From the NCBI RefSeq assembly GCF_037042905.1, contig NC_087245.1, positions 43,340,001-43,404,000 on the forward strand: a DNA stretch of 64,000 bases, in the 5' to 3' direction. The stretch is from Lytechinus pictus. Lineage: Eukaryota. Under the pieces are notes generated by a model that saw only the letters and a list, made by a program, of their open reading frames with translations, was not told where the DNA came from and did not search any database. Shown here piece after piece: positions 13,069 to 26,803 of the stretch; the stretch's first letter is position 1, and every line of letters starts with the position of its first letter. A program made the translations under genes and the position numbers.

Positions 13069-13327
13069 GGGCGCGTCGTGGTCTAGTGGTTCTGACTCTC
13101 GCCTTTCAAACAGAGGGTTGTGGGTTCGAATCCTAACCATGGCGTGTTTTCCTTCAGCAAGCAAATCCGACCCAGGTGAGGTGAGGTGAATGGGTACCCG
13201 GCAGGATTAATTCCTTGCATGCACTGAGCGCCGGTGATGGTAGCTCGAGCTACAGCCGGGGTAATAATAGCAGCGCTTTGTATCCTCAGGCAAAAGGCAC
13301 TTTATAAATACAGCTATTATTATTATA
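13069..13327 (+). mobile_element. tRNA-derived SINE
   Basis: A box TGGTCTAGTGG, B box GGTTCGAATCC, GACCCAGGTG..AATGGGTACC core, CAGCGCTTTG..TATAAAT..(TAT)n tail. Confidence 0.88.
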
Positions 13328-13548
13328 AAGCATTCAGAGTTCCGCAGCTGGACATTCGAGCAGGACTGGGATCTTATAGAGGGGGAGCATATCTCGATGA
13401 CGCTCAGATTTTAGTAATCCAAGTCCAAAACGAAGCAGGAGGTCATCTCTACGTTCTTTGAGAGTTGTTTTATATATATTATATATATATAGTTGTGCTT
13501 GGTCTTGGTACCAAAATAATCTTCATTTGGTTGTGAAAGGCTTTTTTT

Positions 13549-14037
13549 TTTTTTTTGCTCGTCCGTCCGTCACAAACCTTATGACACATAACTCCACAAC
13601 CGTAAGTCACTTTTCAACCAAACTTGGATGGTAGATGGACTTGGGGGACCTGCATGTTAGGCTTTAGTCGGAGGTCACATGGTAAGGTCAAAGGTCATTG
13701 TCAGCTCAACGTTGAAGTTTACATGCAAGACTCTCTTATGACACCTAACTCCGCAACCGTAAGTCACTTTTCAACCAAACTTGGATGGTAGATGTACTTA
13801 TAGGCGACCTGCATATATGCTGCAGTCGAAGGTCACATGGTAAGGTCAAAGGTCATTTTCAGGTCAACATTAAAGTTTACGTGCTAGGCTCTTAATTATG
13901 ACAAGTGTTATTCCATCTCAGTCATTTCACAATGAAGTTTCGATACAATTCTGTTGCGTATACCCTCGCAAATCACGACGATATTTCTGGTTATATTTTC
14001 ATAAGTGGGCGAGACACAAAATCGCTTTTGCCTTGTT
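13549..14037 (-). mobile_element. Helentron-like non-autonomous element (family B), ~157-bp core x ~2.5
   Basis: (GTCC)n microsatellite at left, GGTCAAAGGTCA cores, GGGCGAGAC..GCCTTGTT end; same family as 39451-40427. Confidence 0.75.
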
Positions 14038-14485
14038 CATGATTGACAAACATGAATAGTGTGTCCCATTTTTAGGTCTGAAACCTCAATTTTTTCCGCT
14101 CGCTCTTCGCGCTCGCATCAATTGTTTAGTTTTATATACCGTTTATTTCAAAAAGTGCTTAGAATGTCAATTGTTTAGGTCGGAATGTCAAAAAAATTTA
14201 TAGATCTAAAAGTTGAAATATGTATCGTCTTATGGCTATAACTGCAATCGTCTTTAACAGGTCCCTTTTCGATCAAGCAAGAACCCATATTAAAAATGTC
14301 TGCTCGCGCTCGCAGTAATTATCTTCATACGCATCTTGTTCAGGTTCACAAACATTGCCCATTTTTCACCAAAAAAATCGTCAATTTAAGTGACTTAACT
14401 TTATCTGATTCATGTATTTTGTTCTCAGTGACCATGAAAACATATACGTAGACATATTGCAAGCCTTATTTGTATAGATATTTAA

Positions 14486-15096
14486 AGGAATGGTCTAGGC
14501 TGAAGAAATTTATATCTCAATAAATTCAGTAAAATTCACGTACAAAGCAAAATGCTGGAAATTTGATCAAAATCGGATAACAAATAAGGAAATTATTGAA
14601 TTTTTAAGATTTGCATTATTCTAGTGGTGAAACAGTTCTAGGCATGTCTTCAGCAATATTCATAAGGTGGGCTAATGATGTCATATCCACACTTGTTCTT
14701 TTTTATTTTACGAAATGAAATTATAGGTGTATTAAAAATGTTGCTACCACGAACTAAAACATTAATGGGAATGACAACTGATTAAGTGCATTAGTGATTT
14801 ATTGCCGCAACTTATTTCATTATAATGGAGACACATCATTTACAAATGTATGAGAAAATGAAACAATTCATCATGTAATAAGATAAGAAAAAGGAAAGTG
14901 GGGATGTGACAGCATCAACCTAATGAATATTCATGATGATGTGCATATAACAGTTTTCACAAAATATTGATGAAATTTAAAATTCAATCACTTTATCATT
15001 TGTTATCCGATTTTGATGAAATTTTCAGCAATTTGCTTTGTAAATGTTGCTCTATTTATTTAGATATACATATTTTCAGCCCGGCCATCGCGCCCT
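14486..15096. mobile_element. Kolobok-like MITE
   Basis: TTAA flanks (14482-14485, 15097-15100); imperfect TIR aggaatggtctaggctgaa / ttcagcccggccatc..ccct; internal inverted subterminal blocks. Confidence 0.65.
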
Positions 15097-15529
15097 TTAA
15101 GGATTTACCTGTTAAAACACTGATTTGGAAGGAATTTGGCGGCCATTTTAAAAAAATCGCTTGGAACCAATATAAAACTACATCGTATGTCAAAATGGTT
15201 GTCAGATTTGTGCTCAGCAGCAAAAATCGCCATAGAATCGATCCACCCGTTTAAAAAAATGTCATTAATTTGCACACACCCCCTTATGCATGCACCCATC
15301 AACAGCAAAATAATGAATGAACTCGTTTCAAGGGGCATTCCTAATAATATTGATGGCAAGGATTATCCCCCCCAGGGCCCCCAACCCACTCCGCTCTTGC
15401 CTCCCACTATTAATATCAATTAATCTGCTCCTACTGGAAAAAAAAAATTCAAGGCGAGAGAGAGCTACAAAAGATGGATCAGCTAGGAGAAAATCAGGAG
15501 AGAGATTCCAGGTGGTCCCCTGTTACTAA

Positions 15530-16001
15530 AATGAGAAAAATGACGTAATTTTAGGTCACTTTGCCCCCGCCTCCCCGGGCCTCTTGTCACTTGACGCCGC
15601 CCCTTCGTCTCAATCTGCAGGCGCAGACCCTAGATTGTGATCAACAAGTGTGCCTCCACGCACAGACTAGCACATACAAAACTTGCTGTTCCCACGAGAG
15701 GGCCTTCAGTACACAAGGAATGAGTAGGCTGCACATTCAGACCCTTAACTCGAGTGAAGGGTTTGCCCAGCAGACTACCTTCGTCTCTGGGCTTTTCAAC
15801 GGTGCATTAACTCCGTCCAACTAAATTAGTGACGGTTCAGATGGCGTTCCATAATTGTCACGTCACAAAGTTGTTTACAAACAATGTTCTCAGTCTCACA
15901 TGCCGATCCGACCACTTGTCCACGACATCGACACGAATCCTGTGGCAGAGATCAGATCGGCTAGATTGATGACAAAAACAGACTTAAGTGAACCTGCTAA
16001 A
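15530..16001 (+). promoter_or_regulatory. Candidate promoter/5'UTR of CREBL2 (distal first exon)
   Basis: CpG-richer, repeat-free segment with CRE half-sites (TGACG/CGTCA at ~15541, 15592, 15829, 15861) and GC boxes upstream of an ATG in strong context. Confidence 0.45.
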
Positions 16002-16022
16002 ATGGAAGAAAACGCTGATATG
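16002..16022 (+). CDS. CREBL2: Candidate CREBL2 first coding exon A (MEENADM)
   Basis: aaaATGG context, donor ATG|gtgcgt, phase 0 compatible with exon 37036; a short acidic N-terminal segment resembles vertebrate CREBL2 (MDDSK). Confidence 0.5.
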
Positions 16023-18129
16023 GTGCGTATACTTTTTTTCAATTTTTAGGTACCGGGCGAAGTTCGTGCAGGCTCCACTCACTCACACGTATTGCGAGGT
16101 TAACCGTTAGTATTACTTAGTATACTAACCTCGCACCATGCGCATGAACCGCGTTTGGCAGTGGATTTCTATCTAGTGGGTCGCGCGTGCTGGGATCCCA
16201 CTTCTGGTTTCCACAACACACGACTTACCGGTATATGGCTTTATTTTTCTGTGCGCGGCGGCATGTAATGAACCCTTGGTTGGGCTCCACTCCACTTCAC
16301 TACCGCTACACTACGTCTACGCCACTTGTTCACTTCAACCACCCACTCATTCAATGAACAAGGTTATGATCACTCATCCTACGAACGAGGTTATAATATA
16401 ACCTCGTTCTCGGCTGTATACCTCTCTATTGTTAAAATATACATTGGTCATTTTCCCCCCATCTGTTGCCCAAAGCATCGCGAATCAGTTCATACTTGAA
16501 CTTATCCGTTGATGTAAACTGTTATTTTGACAGATATGACTTTAAATTAATAAATATGATATAAAAAATGAATAAAAACTCACCGATTTCTCAACGTGAA
16601 CCTCACCCAACTGCCTCCATTACGTCTATTGTGTTCGACAGTGACAAATCGAAAAAGAAAAAAGAACTCACGAAACCATAGAGGCTCATCAACCCGTTTG
16701 GACCACTGACCATTGATGTTTCGACGAAACTTTGCTTGTAATGAATTCTGGTAAGGAAGTCTTGATAGCCTCAATCAAGACAAATTTGCAATTTTGTTTC
16801 ATGTTTATACAAAGTCAAAAGTGATACTAGTAGTTGTGAAAGTGGAATGAAATAAGACATTTTTGTATGAAATAAAAAAAAATTAAGGAGAAATTCAGTT
16901 GTTTCGATTTTGTTAATTTTCTGTTATGGGACTCTTGATGAAAAAGCCCCTTATTCTTTTCTAATTAATGAACCTGACGATAGAAATACTTTTCACAAAG
17001 TTAGGCATTAATTTCCAAATTATTATGTAACAGAAATTCAGAATAACAAACTTTACTGTGGGTCTAATCAGGGGAGAATCCAGGATTTTCCAAAGGGGGA
17101 GGGGGTGGTTTCTTTTACAGAAAAAAATAACAAGCTCCCCCCCCCCCCGTGAAGGAGATTTATGTAACGAATAATTTCACAATTATGATTTGATTTTGAT
17201 TTATTTGATTTAGTTATTTATTTATTATGATAACAGCTCCTCGCTATACAGTATGAAGTTTCAAGTTTGTTTTCATTGATTTAAAATCCTAACCTAAAGG
17301 ATTTTCATTAAGAAATAAATAAAATAAAAAATCACTTACCACAAAGGCCTATTTAGGGGTAGATCACAATTTTCAAGGGGAGGGCGGGAAAGTTTCAAGT
17401 TAATTTAATTGATTTCAAATCCAAACATAAAGGATTACAATCAAATGAAATTAACAGTACAAATTATCAAACAAAATGGATGCAAAATAAATGTGTTCTA
17501 TGGCTTTCGAGGGGGTGGGCACGAGCCTGATGTGCTCCCCATCCTGGATAAATAAAAGAAACTCATTAAAAAGAATTGGAACGTAATTATGTTCTGTTTT
17601 ATCACTTTGTCTTGAGTTTCTTGCCCCTTCCATTCTTTTCACATTTCAGCCTTTACCCATATTAATTTCAGGATGGTACAAAATGTTGGCTTACAAAAGT
17701 GATATGATGATGAATATTCCATAATAATATGAAAAATAATAGAAAACCAAAATAATAATATTAATAATTAACCCTTACAATGATAGTACTCAATAAAAGA
17801 GAGGCATCGGGGATCAAGAAAAGAAGCAATAACCCCCCCCCCCCCAAAAAAAAAGGCATCATATTTCCTTTCAGCATACGACAAGATACAGTTCATTATA
17901 GAATAAACTAAGCTGATGGCGCTAAAATTATTCTGATGTATAAAATAATAAAAATAAAATATTGTGTGTCAGGGGAGAAAGAGACTACTATCGCTGGATC
18001 TTGGATTTTCGAAATAGAAGCATCACCGGAAACAGGTATCTGTGGTGAGAAGCATTTTTATACAGCTTTGTAGAGGACAGTGGTGTGGTCGCTTCCGTTA
18101 GCTTTCTTTAATTGAGCACAAGAGGGCGC

Positions 18130-18430
18130 GTTACATCCTCTACGTCACAGAGATACGATCTTACGTATACGTAAGCTCCCGAAGGGAGCTAGAGAGGGAA
18201 CTCTTTCCGCGCGTTTTCATTTCCCATAGGTTTTGTACACAGCCAACATGGCTGCCGGTGGACAATTTGAAGGTTGATTTTGGAAGGTCAATGTTTAATT
18301 CATGAGTAATGACGTCAAAATACGCATAATGCACTTGTATGATTGGCTAAAGCGCTAATGTTTTATTCATATCGTCATGCATTCAACATTTTTTTTCCGT
18401 CCCACAATTCCCTGCGATAGCTGTGCGAAG
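18130..18430 (+). promoter_or_regulatory. Promoter-like motif cluster
   Basis: YY1-like CCAACATGGCTGCC (~18243), full CRE TGACGTCA (18310-18317), reverse CCAAT (GATTGG ~18341), CACAATTCCC (~18403), followed by a strong donor at 18604. Confidence 0.5.
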
Positions 18431-20940
18431 TGTCGTTCTTTTTGACTCTGCGAAATTCAACTTTCTGAAATACAATAGCAAGACTAATTATCTGTTTATA
18501 GAATTAGTATCCGGAATCATGATTTTCTGAGTGAAATTCAGCTGAGCAGAAAATATATGAGGGAACATCTACATCGAAATTATGGCATTCCATACAAATA
18601 AAAGTAAGTTAAGTTCAATTTCGTGCTTTGATCTCGGTTGTAATTGTAATGTGTTTGCCGCTGGGGTTCGGCGTTGCAGTCAGGGCCTTACGTACTTTGT
18701 GTAGTTTACTATAGGCCTAAACCACAATTTCCATTTCTTTTTCCTGATCCCAAATAAATCGGAGATCTGACTGACATATTTTCTCAGAAAATAATACGGT
18801 TTTTCGTAGAACTAAGTTGGTTAATTAGAATGCTTCATGTCCGTCATTATTAAATATGTATTTCAGTACATTGTCAAATATCAGGGGTAGATGTGGACTT
18901 GTTCAGTAACGGCAAAGCTGCATTAAATAAAGCCAAATAATATACCGTAATCAGAGCGAGAAATGGGCATTGATACCGCCGGTGCCAGTCGGCTGCATAT
19001 TTGCCGATGGCGATGTAGGCTAGGTCATTAGGTGTTGGGAATCAAGCAAGCTTGAGTTGAAGTTTAAAGTTGGGCCTGGGCCTACTGATTTTTTGACACT
19101 ATTCCATCTATTTATGAATCAATATAATTATCTGCATTTAAAAAGAAGTTAATTTAGATTAATTATTTATATGAACTAAATCTATTTGGAATGATCGGTA
19201 GATTTCCCTCTGCATGCCCACTTATTACCACTGGAATGATTTGAGACAGATTTTAACATTAGTCCCTTTTTACTACAAAAAAGTAAGGCCCTAGGATAGG
19301 TCTAACTTAGATCTAGATTTCTAAAAATGAAATTCTAGATCTGTCTGGTTTGACTTTTTTCTACGAAGATTTCAGTTAACTTTATTCTACTTTCTTGTCC
19401 CTGCCTGGACCATTGGGCTTAAGTTAAATTATATAACAGAGTTAAATGAATTTTTTTTTTTTGGGGGGGGCAGCATTTCTTTGTCAGGTTTCAGACTGCT
19501 CAGTTATCGTATACCATGAGTGCAATTTTTATGGGAAGGGTTGAGAAAATTAAGTGCCCCATTTTCAATTTTGTAAGTATCTAGCAGAGAGAGGGCTGAT
19601 CCAATTGATTTATCTCTATTGTCCTCCTCACTGGACCTTAATGGTGAAAGGCAAAGGGTCATTTAAACTTGCGAGCAAGCTAACTTTTTTTAATCAAAAT
19701 CAAACTTAAAGAGGAACTCACTTAGACGTAGAGATTCACGGGTTTATAGATCTAGACAAAAAAAAAAAATAATAATTGTCTTGCACTGGTGAATGAGCGA
19801 GAGCCAAATTATCACACAAATATTAATTATCCTACATCTGTCAAAGCTGGCTTGGTGTATAAGATTGACAAAAGGCCTCGCTATAGTAGGCCACGTATGC
19901 TTGAACCATTTACTGACTCTTATTGACAATGAAGATGGTCGGTGGAAACAGAGCCAGGTATGCCTATTTCGTCAGTGGAACATAATATAGAGAGAAGGAA
20001 GTTTTCGGTCAAGACCAGCTTTTTTCTAGTTGGGAATATTCATAGGCTTAGAATAGGACTAGCTGGAAATTTTGAAAATATTGTTTTAAAAGAGGAATTT
20101 TATTTATCACCTCTAAAATTCTAAACTGTATTGTGTGTATTTTGAATTGCAGATCCAATGGGATCAAGTTCTTAGCAGTCCCAGCCCAGTCAGAAGTACC
20201 AAGTCAACTACCATTTACACATCACCAAGAGTTACAATCTGATGAGGAACAGGATATATGAACTCAAAACTTGTAAGGTATGCTTGTTTTCGTTAAAGAA
20301 GGCCTCCTATTTCTTTTTTTTTATTTGGGGGGGGGGGGGAGGGCTATAGCAACTTTTTCTGAATCATGTTATCCCATATAGTAAAGCTCCATAGTGAGTT
20401 AATATTTATTTGGATTCAGATTTACCAGTATTTCCATTCTCATCAATGCATACTTATTGTCCATGTCTCTTATCTACATGAGTCATATGTGAAATCACTT
20501 TAAAACTCAGTTAATCTGTAGACAAAAATTAAAAAAAGGACAAAATATTGAGAGTAATATTATGATATATATTTAAATGAGTTTACACACTTAATCAAAA
20601 AAGTTTTTTGAATAATGATCTACAAATAGTGATCTATGATTTTTATCTGGCTATATAGATTACTACATGTGCATTATCTTAACAATATTGCATGGAAGAG
20701 TAGGGCCTAATAAAAAAGTTTAAAACTTCTTAATAAACTGAAGTAGATGAGTTAGAATAATTTATATCAGCAGCTCATTTTTTTTACATTTTTTTTTACC
20801 ATGCAGGTTCCGCAGGCAGTTTGAGTATCACCAGGGCAGACTATAAGAAGAAATATGGAGGCCAAGTTCATAACAAGTAGTTACTTCATCACAATTACAG
20901 TATACACATTTTAAAAATTGAATGAATTTGAATAAACGTG
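18430..20940 (+). ncRNA. Putative spliced lncRNA or micropeptide transcript (exons ~18430-18603, 20153-20277, 20807-~20940)
   Basis: Donor AAA|gtaagt (18604), acceptor ttttgaattgcag| (20152), donor AAG|gtatgc (20278), acceptor (t)n-accatgcag| (20806), AATAAA at 20931; no long ORF. Confidence 0.35.
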
Positions 20941-21319
20941 TCAATACATATTTAATGTTGCTTGAATTACACATCTGTAGAAAAAAAAATTGGAGTATAG
21001 ATATTTAGGTCCATAGGTTTCACACAAGATTGAAATATTTTCCCAAAGGGCACACCTACCCACCCTTTATTAATGTTCTACTCATCTACATGTAGTAGTA
21101 GTGAAAGAACTTTTAATGATATAAGTAGTTTGAAAGGGATAAGTTGTATTATGGTAATATAATTAATTCAGAATGTGTCTTTACTAAGTTCTGGGCTATG
21201 TAATATACATGCCTACAGACATGCATAAGACAATAAGAAATAATTGGTTTTCATTGAAAAATGTGCATACTAAAAAACAAGGTGACAGAACAAAGGATTA
21301 AGAAATCACTCTCATTCCT

Positions 21320-21478
21320 GGACCCCATTTCATTAAGACTAACCACTACTCTAACTTTGCCATTCTGGTAAGTAACGTGGAAACATTAAAGCAACAGATC
21401 AACATTGAGGTTCCAATGCTAGTTGCTATACAATTGGGGCAAATTTACCATAATTGAAGTCTTTATGAAACAAGGATC
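21320..21478. mobile_element. Degenerate Harbinger-like MITE
   Basis: Inverted ends gaccccatttcattaagact / agtctttatgaaacaaggatc. Confidence 0.45.
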
Positions 21479-23774
21479 TGTAGTGCTGGACATTAAGCTG
21501 TTAAATTTATTTTTTTGGGGAAGTGAAAAGTTGCACTGTTTTGTTCGTTTTTAATCTCTTTTTTTTCTTGTAGCACTGTATTGTTCATGTCCCATATTAT
21601 GAACTAAATTGGCTCTGCAAATGAAAAAAAAAATTGTTGGAAATAGAACACAGCTCTAGCAGCACTTCACAACAATAGACAATAAGCAAATTTGTTACTA
21701 ATTTACTAATGTGCAGATTTGGGAAGGCACTCTTTAGAGAAATGTGGCAATGTGGTCCCTTTCTTGTGAAGTGCCCTCAGTTAGATTAGCATGCTATTTC
21801 TTGTCAGCAAATGCTGAAAAAAATTACTTGATATTTAAGTAACTGACTTTGAGATAGAGGTGTATCGTTAATTTTGTTTAATGACATCCTTGATGTCCCC
21901 TTATATTGACTATATATAAGGCTTATCAATACCTATGTAAGTTTTCTATATATTTTTTTTTCTCTCTAGATTTAACCAAAGAAATTACATCCCCTCCCTT
22001 GTAACAGCCTAGCCGTTTCTGTTGCAATCATTATATGCATTTTGCTGATGTAATGTGATGCTTTGGCTAGAAAAAAAGGATAGGAATATTTTGATCACGT
22101 ATTCAGAAATTGATTCCTTAATAAATATTTTAATTTGAAATATACTTTCTAATCTTGATATTCGTGATTCATTTATTCACATTGCGTGAAAGATATGTGA
22201 TAATGATGTTATTGTTACCAAATTGTGTTGTGATGTAGGTAATGATGATACTGAAGAATACTTATATATGACTGGAATATGATGGTGCTACTGTTTGATT
22301 GATTTTGTTTGTCAGGTATCTATGGGTATAGTACTAGTGAGAGGCAAGATAACCCATAAAAGATGTTGCAACATGGCATACTGTGACATTTTAAAATCAA
22401 ATTAAATATTCTTCCTAAAGAGATAAATGAGTTCGATTTAAGAGTGGGATAAAAATGATATAAGAATAATTGTTTGCTCGCATGATATGTGGTATGTGTG
22501 TGTGTGGAAGAGAGAGGGGGGGGGTGGGATCAATAGAGAGATTTGGGGGCGGGTAGGTAAAAATAAAATTTTGTTTGGAAGTGACCTTTTTAAGATCTAG
22601 CCTTGATGAGAGTGAATTCATGAGGGGGGGGGTACTGGGCTGTCTTAATTTTGCTCCCATCCCAAACTCGGAAAATGGGGGGGGGGGGTTGATCTTCATA
22701 AGATTTGCACCAGATTGTTCATTTCAATTTCAAAATATAGACAAAATGGCCTTTTAAATTGCTTTGCTCTCTTGCTCAGATTTTTCTGATCATTTTAAGT
22801 ATTTACCCCCCCCCCAAAAAAAAAAAAAACCCAAACATAATGATGTGTAATGAAAATATTATGCAGTGATGACTGCATGAATAGAGCAAGCAGATCCCTA
22901 AGTTCAATCGTATTAATGAATTCCTTGTAATAGCTTCCACATTTCTTCAAGGGAAATAGCAGCTAGCAAATAATATGTAAACAAGGAAAGATGAATTAAC
23001 AATTGAATGCCGGGGGGGGTGAACGGGGGAATGAATGACATACTAAATCTACCTATATTATTTACCAAAGACGCAACTCCATAAATTCATTTCATATTCA
23101 ATCACGTCGCGCATTATGCTAATTAGTAACAATATACTTATTTGCATATCTTTACGCTGTGCGCGCAGGCCAATTGTGACCACGCCTCCGTTTCGCTGGT
23201 GTGCCATGAAGTTGCGGTGTCCATAGGCTTGTACGCGAAAAATGGGAGCAGTGTGCAATTTTGACCTTCCAAAATTTCCCCATGTCTGACCGGATGCAGA
23301 AGCGGAGTTTCACCCCCCTGCTCTACGTAGAAGTCTATGCGCTGCGCTGCTGAGGATCATGACAAATTTCATCATACATTCTGACGACTTACCGAAGAGT
23401 CCTCGAATAATTGACAAGATATCGTTGAGTCCAAGATAAATTCCAGCAACAACGGAAGGAAGATCAACGTTTGGTTCGGGGGGAAAGACTGGTAAGTCAA
23501 ACTCTCTTACTTTTACATTTTTTATCACAAATTTTGTCTATGAGTACGCCTCACATACCTCTAGTCCCATCCCCTACCTTTTGCTGTTTGGCAAATGGTC
23601 GGGGATGACGAGTGGTTATGATATAACCTTGTTAACTCTCAGTTAGGCTTACCTTTAGAATCCAATGTCATGAATCGATTACAAAAATCTCTAGATTTTA
23701 AAACGAGAAAACAACGGATACGACGTACCGGTACTTGTTAACTTTTTTAGAAATTACGTTTTTGAGATAAAAGC

Positions 23775-24070
23775 GGATACATGGATACTAAGATACGTGG
23801 ATACACATGGATACGAGGATACGTGGATACTGGGATACGTGGATACTACTACCGTACTGATAAATGGATACATGGATACGAAGATACGTGGATACGCGGA
23901 TACGTGGATACTACTACCGTACTGATAACTGGATACATGGATACGAGGATACGTGGATACGCGGATACGTGGATACTACTACCGTACTGATAACTGGATA
24001 CATGGATACGAAGATACGCGGATACGTGGATACGAGGATACGGGCAGCTGGGATAATGTTTGTGGATACG
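23775..24070 (+). repeat. GGATAC-based 8-bp minisatellite with a 65-bp higher-order unit
   Basis: GGATACGT/GGATACGC/GGATACAT units; ggatactactaccgtactga recurs at 23841, 23906, 23971. Confidence 0.9.
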
Positions 24071-24120
24071 GGGGAGGGGGTACAGGGGAGTATCCAGCTT
24101 TCGCCAAAGGGGGGGGGGGG

Positions 24121-25572
24121 CGCGTAGCCAGGGGGGGCGGTGGGGGCGGTCGCCCCCCAAAAACGTCCCCAAAAAGAAAAAAAAAAGAAGGGAAAAAAGA
24201 GGGGAGAAAAGGAAAAGGGAAGGGAGGAAAGGGAAGAAAGGTAGCTTTGTGTTTTTTTTTTCTTTATTTTTTTTTTCTCAAAAGAGAAACTCCTTCTCTC
24301 TTGCTCTAAATTTATATATGAATTTTGCTTCCGCGCGGCGCGCGGTTAAATTATAATATTGAAGTTCTCCATTGTTTCCCCCACCCTTTCTCTAACCCTG
24401 TTTTTCCACCTCAGCTATATGTGTTTCTTGCCAGTTAAAGTTCAAATGTATACATTAGGGCATATAATTAGAGTAAGGTTAGGCCGAAGTATATGAAGTT
24501 ATCTTTTTTTTTAATTGATTGCGCAACTTCTGGACGGGTCGGCCTTGGGGCGGGTAAAATCTTTATATCAATTTCTGCCGTCACTTCCATAAAGTCAACT
24601 TCTCCTGCTTTTCAGCTCATTACTAAACAACCATAATTTTGGGGCAAACAGGTTCCTAATTTAAAAAGAGGAAGGTATAAAATTTGTGTCGTATTAGATA
24701 AAAAAGTACAATATTTATTATCAAATTCTATTAAACTTCATGTCATTTCCCTGCACATTCATCTCCTGTCCTGTTTTGCGCACTCAGTTTGAAATTTTGA
24801 ATGACACTTAGGGTTCTTTATAATTCAAAATGAAGCGCTTCAGGATAAGTCAAAGAAATTAGGCATCCTTTTTTTATATAATTTCAATGAATCACAGAAG
24901 TTTCAACTTTTTGCGCACTATTTTCCTTGTAATGAAGTTCAATAATCTTAGAAAATCAATCGAATTAGATCCGATGGGGTATTAGAGATATCTGCATTTG
25001 ATGAAACGTCCGCCCTTTGAAACTTCAGAGTTTCATTGCTCTGCGCGGGGAGGAATATCTTCCTCCCGGCATATACACTTCTTCTCCTCTGTTTTGCGAG
25101 TTATGCACTGTCGCTAAATTGTTTGTAATCAAATCTGATCTTTCCAAGGGAAGAATTCAATATATCTTTGAAAATACCCTTTTATCGGGACCCTTTTCAT
25201 GGCAGAAAAAAAAATTGAAAAAACGCTTTAGCTTCCGCGCTTCGCGCGGGGTTATTATTTTAATTTCCTCCATTGTATTCCCTTTTTATGCGTTCGCTCA
25301 CAATTACTTTTGAAAACAAGGTTCATGGAAAAAAGGTTCAAAATCACAATATTGTCAACTGAAATGGAGGTGATATAGGTACTAGAGACAAGAGAGACGG
25401 CTCCTTTTCATTTTGATTTATGAAACACCAAAAGCTTCGCGCGGGAGGGGGAAACTCCCCCTCCCTGCACCCACCCCCTAGGGAGCGCGCTTTGCGCGCT
25501 CTGTAAGTGTAATTGGCACGCTTCGCGTGCGATTACCGCCCCCTCCAAAATTAAATCCTGGCTACGCGGTTG
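24121..25572. mobile_element. Non-autonomous TIR element
   Basis: cgcgtagccagg at left pairs with cctggctacgcg at right; internal GCGCTTCGCGC-type motifs. Confidence 0.55.
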
Positions 25573-26252
25573 GTGGAAGGAGGGAGAGTCGTGGGGGTAT
25601 GTTATACAGGGGAGGATCCATGCACCTTTCGCGAAAAGGGTGAAAAGAAGGGAGAATCAGAAAATATTTTCATCCACATTTCAGTCGGTCGATCTGTCGT
25701 TAACTAAAAGTAGAATTTTGTTGGTTTATATTCTTTTCTTGGTTTAACATGGCCCAGTGCAGTACGTGTCTCAGTCATCTTATTTAAAAAAAATCATTTT
25801 CAAGACAATACAGGCATATAGCTCATTTTTTTGTCCTTGTTTAAACACTTTTCCTTTTCCTTTACGTTGTTTTTCTCCTTTCTTTTCTTCTTTTTTTAAA
25901 ATATATTTTTCTTTTCTCTTTTATATTCTTCCTTTCTTGTCCATTCTATTTTTGTTTCTTTTTTAATTAAAAGAAAAATTGTACAGGCCTACCTATTTTT
26001 TTTTAAATCAAATTCTTGTGATTTTCACAGTAAATTATAAGACAGAAAACTGGACTTTTGGTTCGTATAATTAAAATAATATATACATGTATATACCCTT
26101 CTTTTTAGAATTGTAGAGCAATATTTTTGCTGTTTTTTCTCTATAAATCTAGAGATTATGATGAATATGACATGGATTCTGAATGTTTAGGAGGATAAAT
26201 ATGAAGCGATTCGTATAATATAGGCATAGCTCATTTTCTGTCCTTGTTTGAA

Positions 26253-26803
26253 CCCCGCGGGGGGGGGGGGGCACTTACATTGACGAGTGGATACCATGCG
26301 CGACCAAAAAAAAAAACACGTAAAAAGGATGTCTTTTTCACGATAGGGCACGTTATGTACGTAACGTGTTAAGGGTGTCAAAAACACAAAAATAATGAAA
26401 AAAGGGTATCTATTTCGCTAGGAAAATTACGTGTTTAAGGTCGAATTCGCGGGGATGATAAAACAAAATTAAAATGTTTTATAAAGGATGTCCTTTTTGC
26501 CCCAACACTTCGTATTTAGAGTCACGATTTGCGCGAGGTGTAGAAGGTGGGGTCGTACTAAACCAAATAAGGTAAAGCCGACGACCGAAGGACCCGTAAC
26601 AATAAAACATTCCTGTACTTGTTTAGGGGTTCATTTCAGGGAACATTTGCCAAGAGTATCGTTTTGTTACCAATTCTTGTTAAGGGTAGGGTTTCACGCG
26701 CCAATACTTGGGGGCGCATTTTCAGAATATGGAAATTACGTGTTTAGGGTGCTTTTCGAGACCCCACGGTCGCGCATGGTATCCACTCGTGAATGGAAGT
26801 GGC
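26253..26803. mobile_element. ~550-bp MITE (CCC..GGG-ended family), copy 1, right end clipped
   Basis: TIR cacttacattgacgagtggataccatgcgcgacc / ggtcgcgcatggtatccactcgtgaatggaagtg; near-identical inverted copy at 35442-36007. Confidence 0.85.

Noticed and set aside
13069..13145. tRNA-like sequence (also at ~3605-3678 and ~30239-30310)
   Set aside because: A/B boxes are present but the acceptor stem is poor and the sequence continues into a SINE body and tail.
21662..21774. 11-bp inverted repeat GCACTTCACAA/TTGTGAAGTGC as a snoRNA or miRNA stem
   Set aside because: No C/D boxes, interior pairing weak, no match to a miRNA I recognise.
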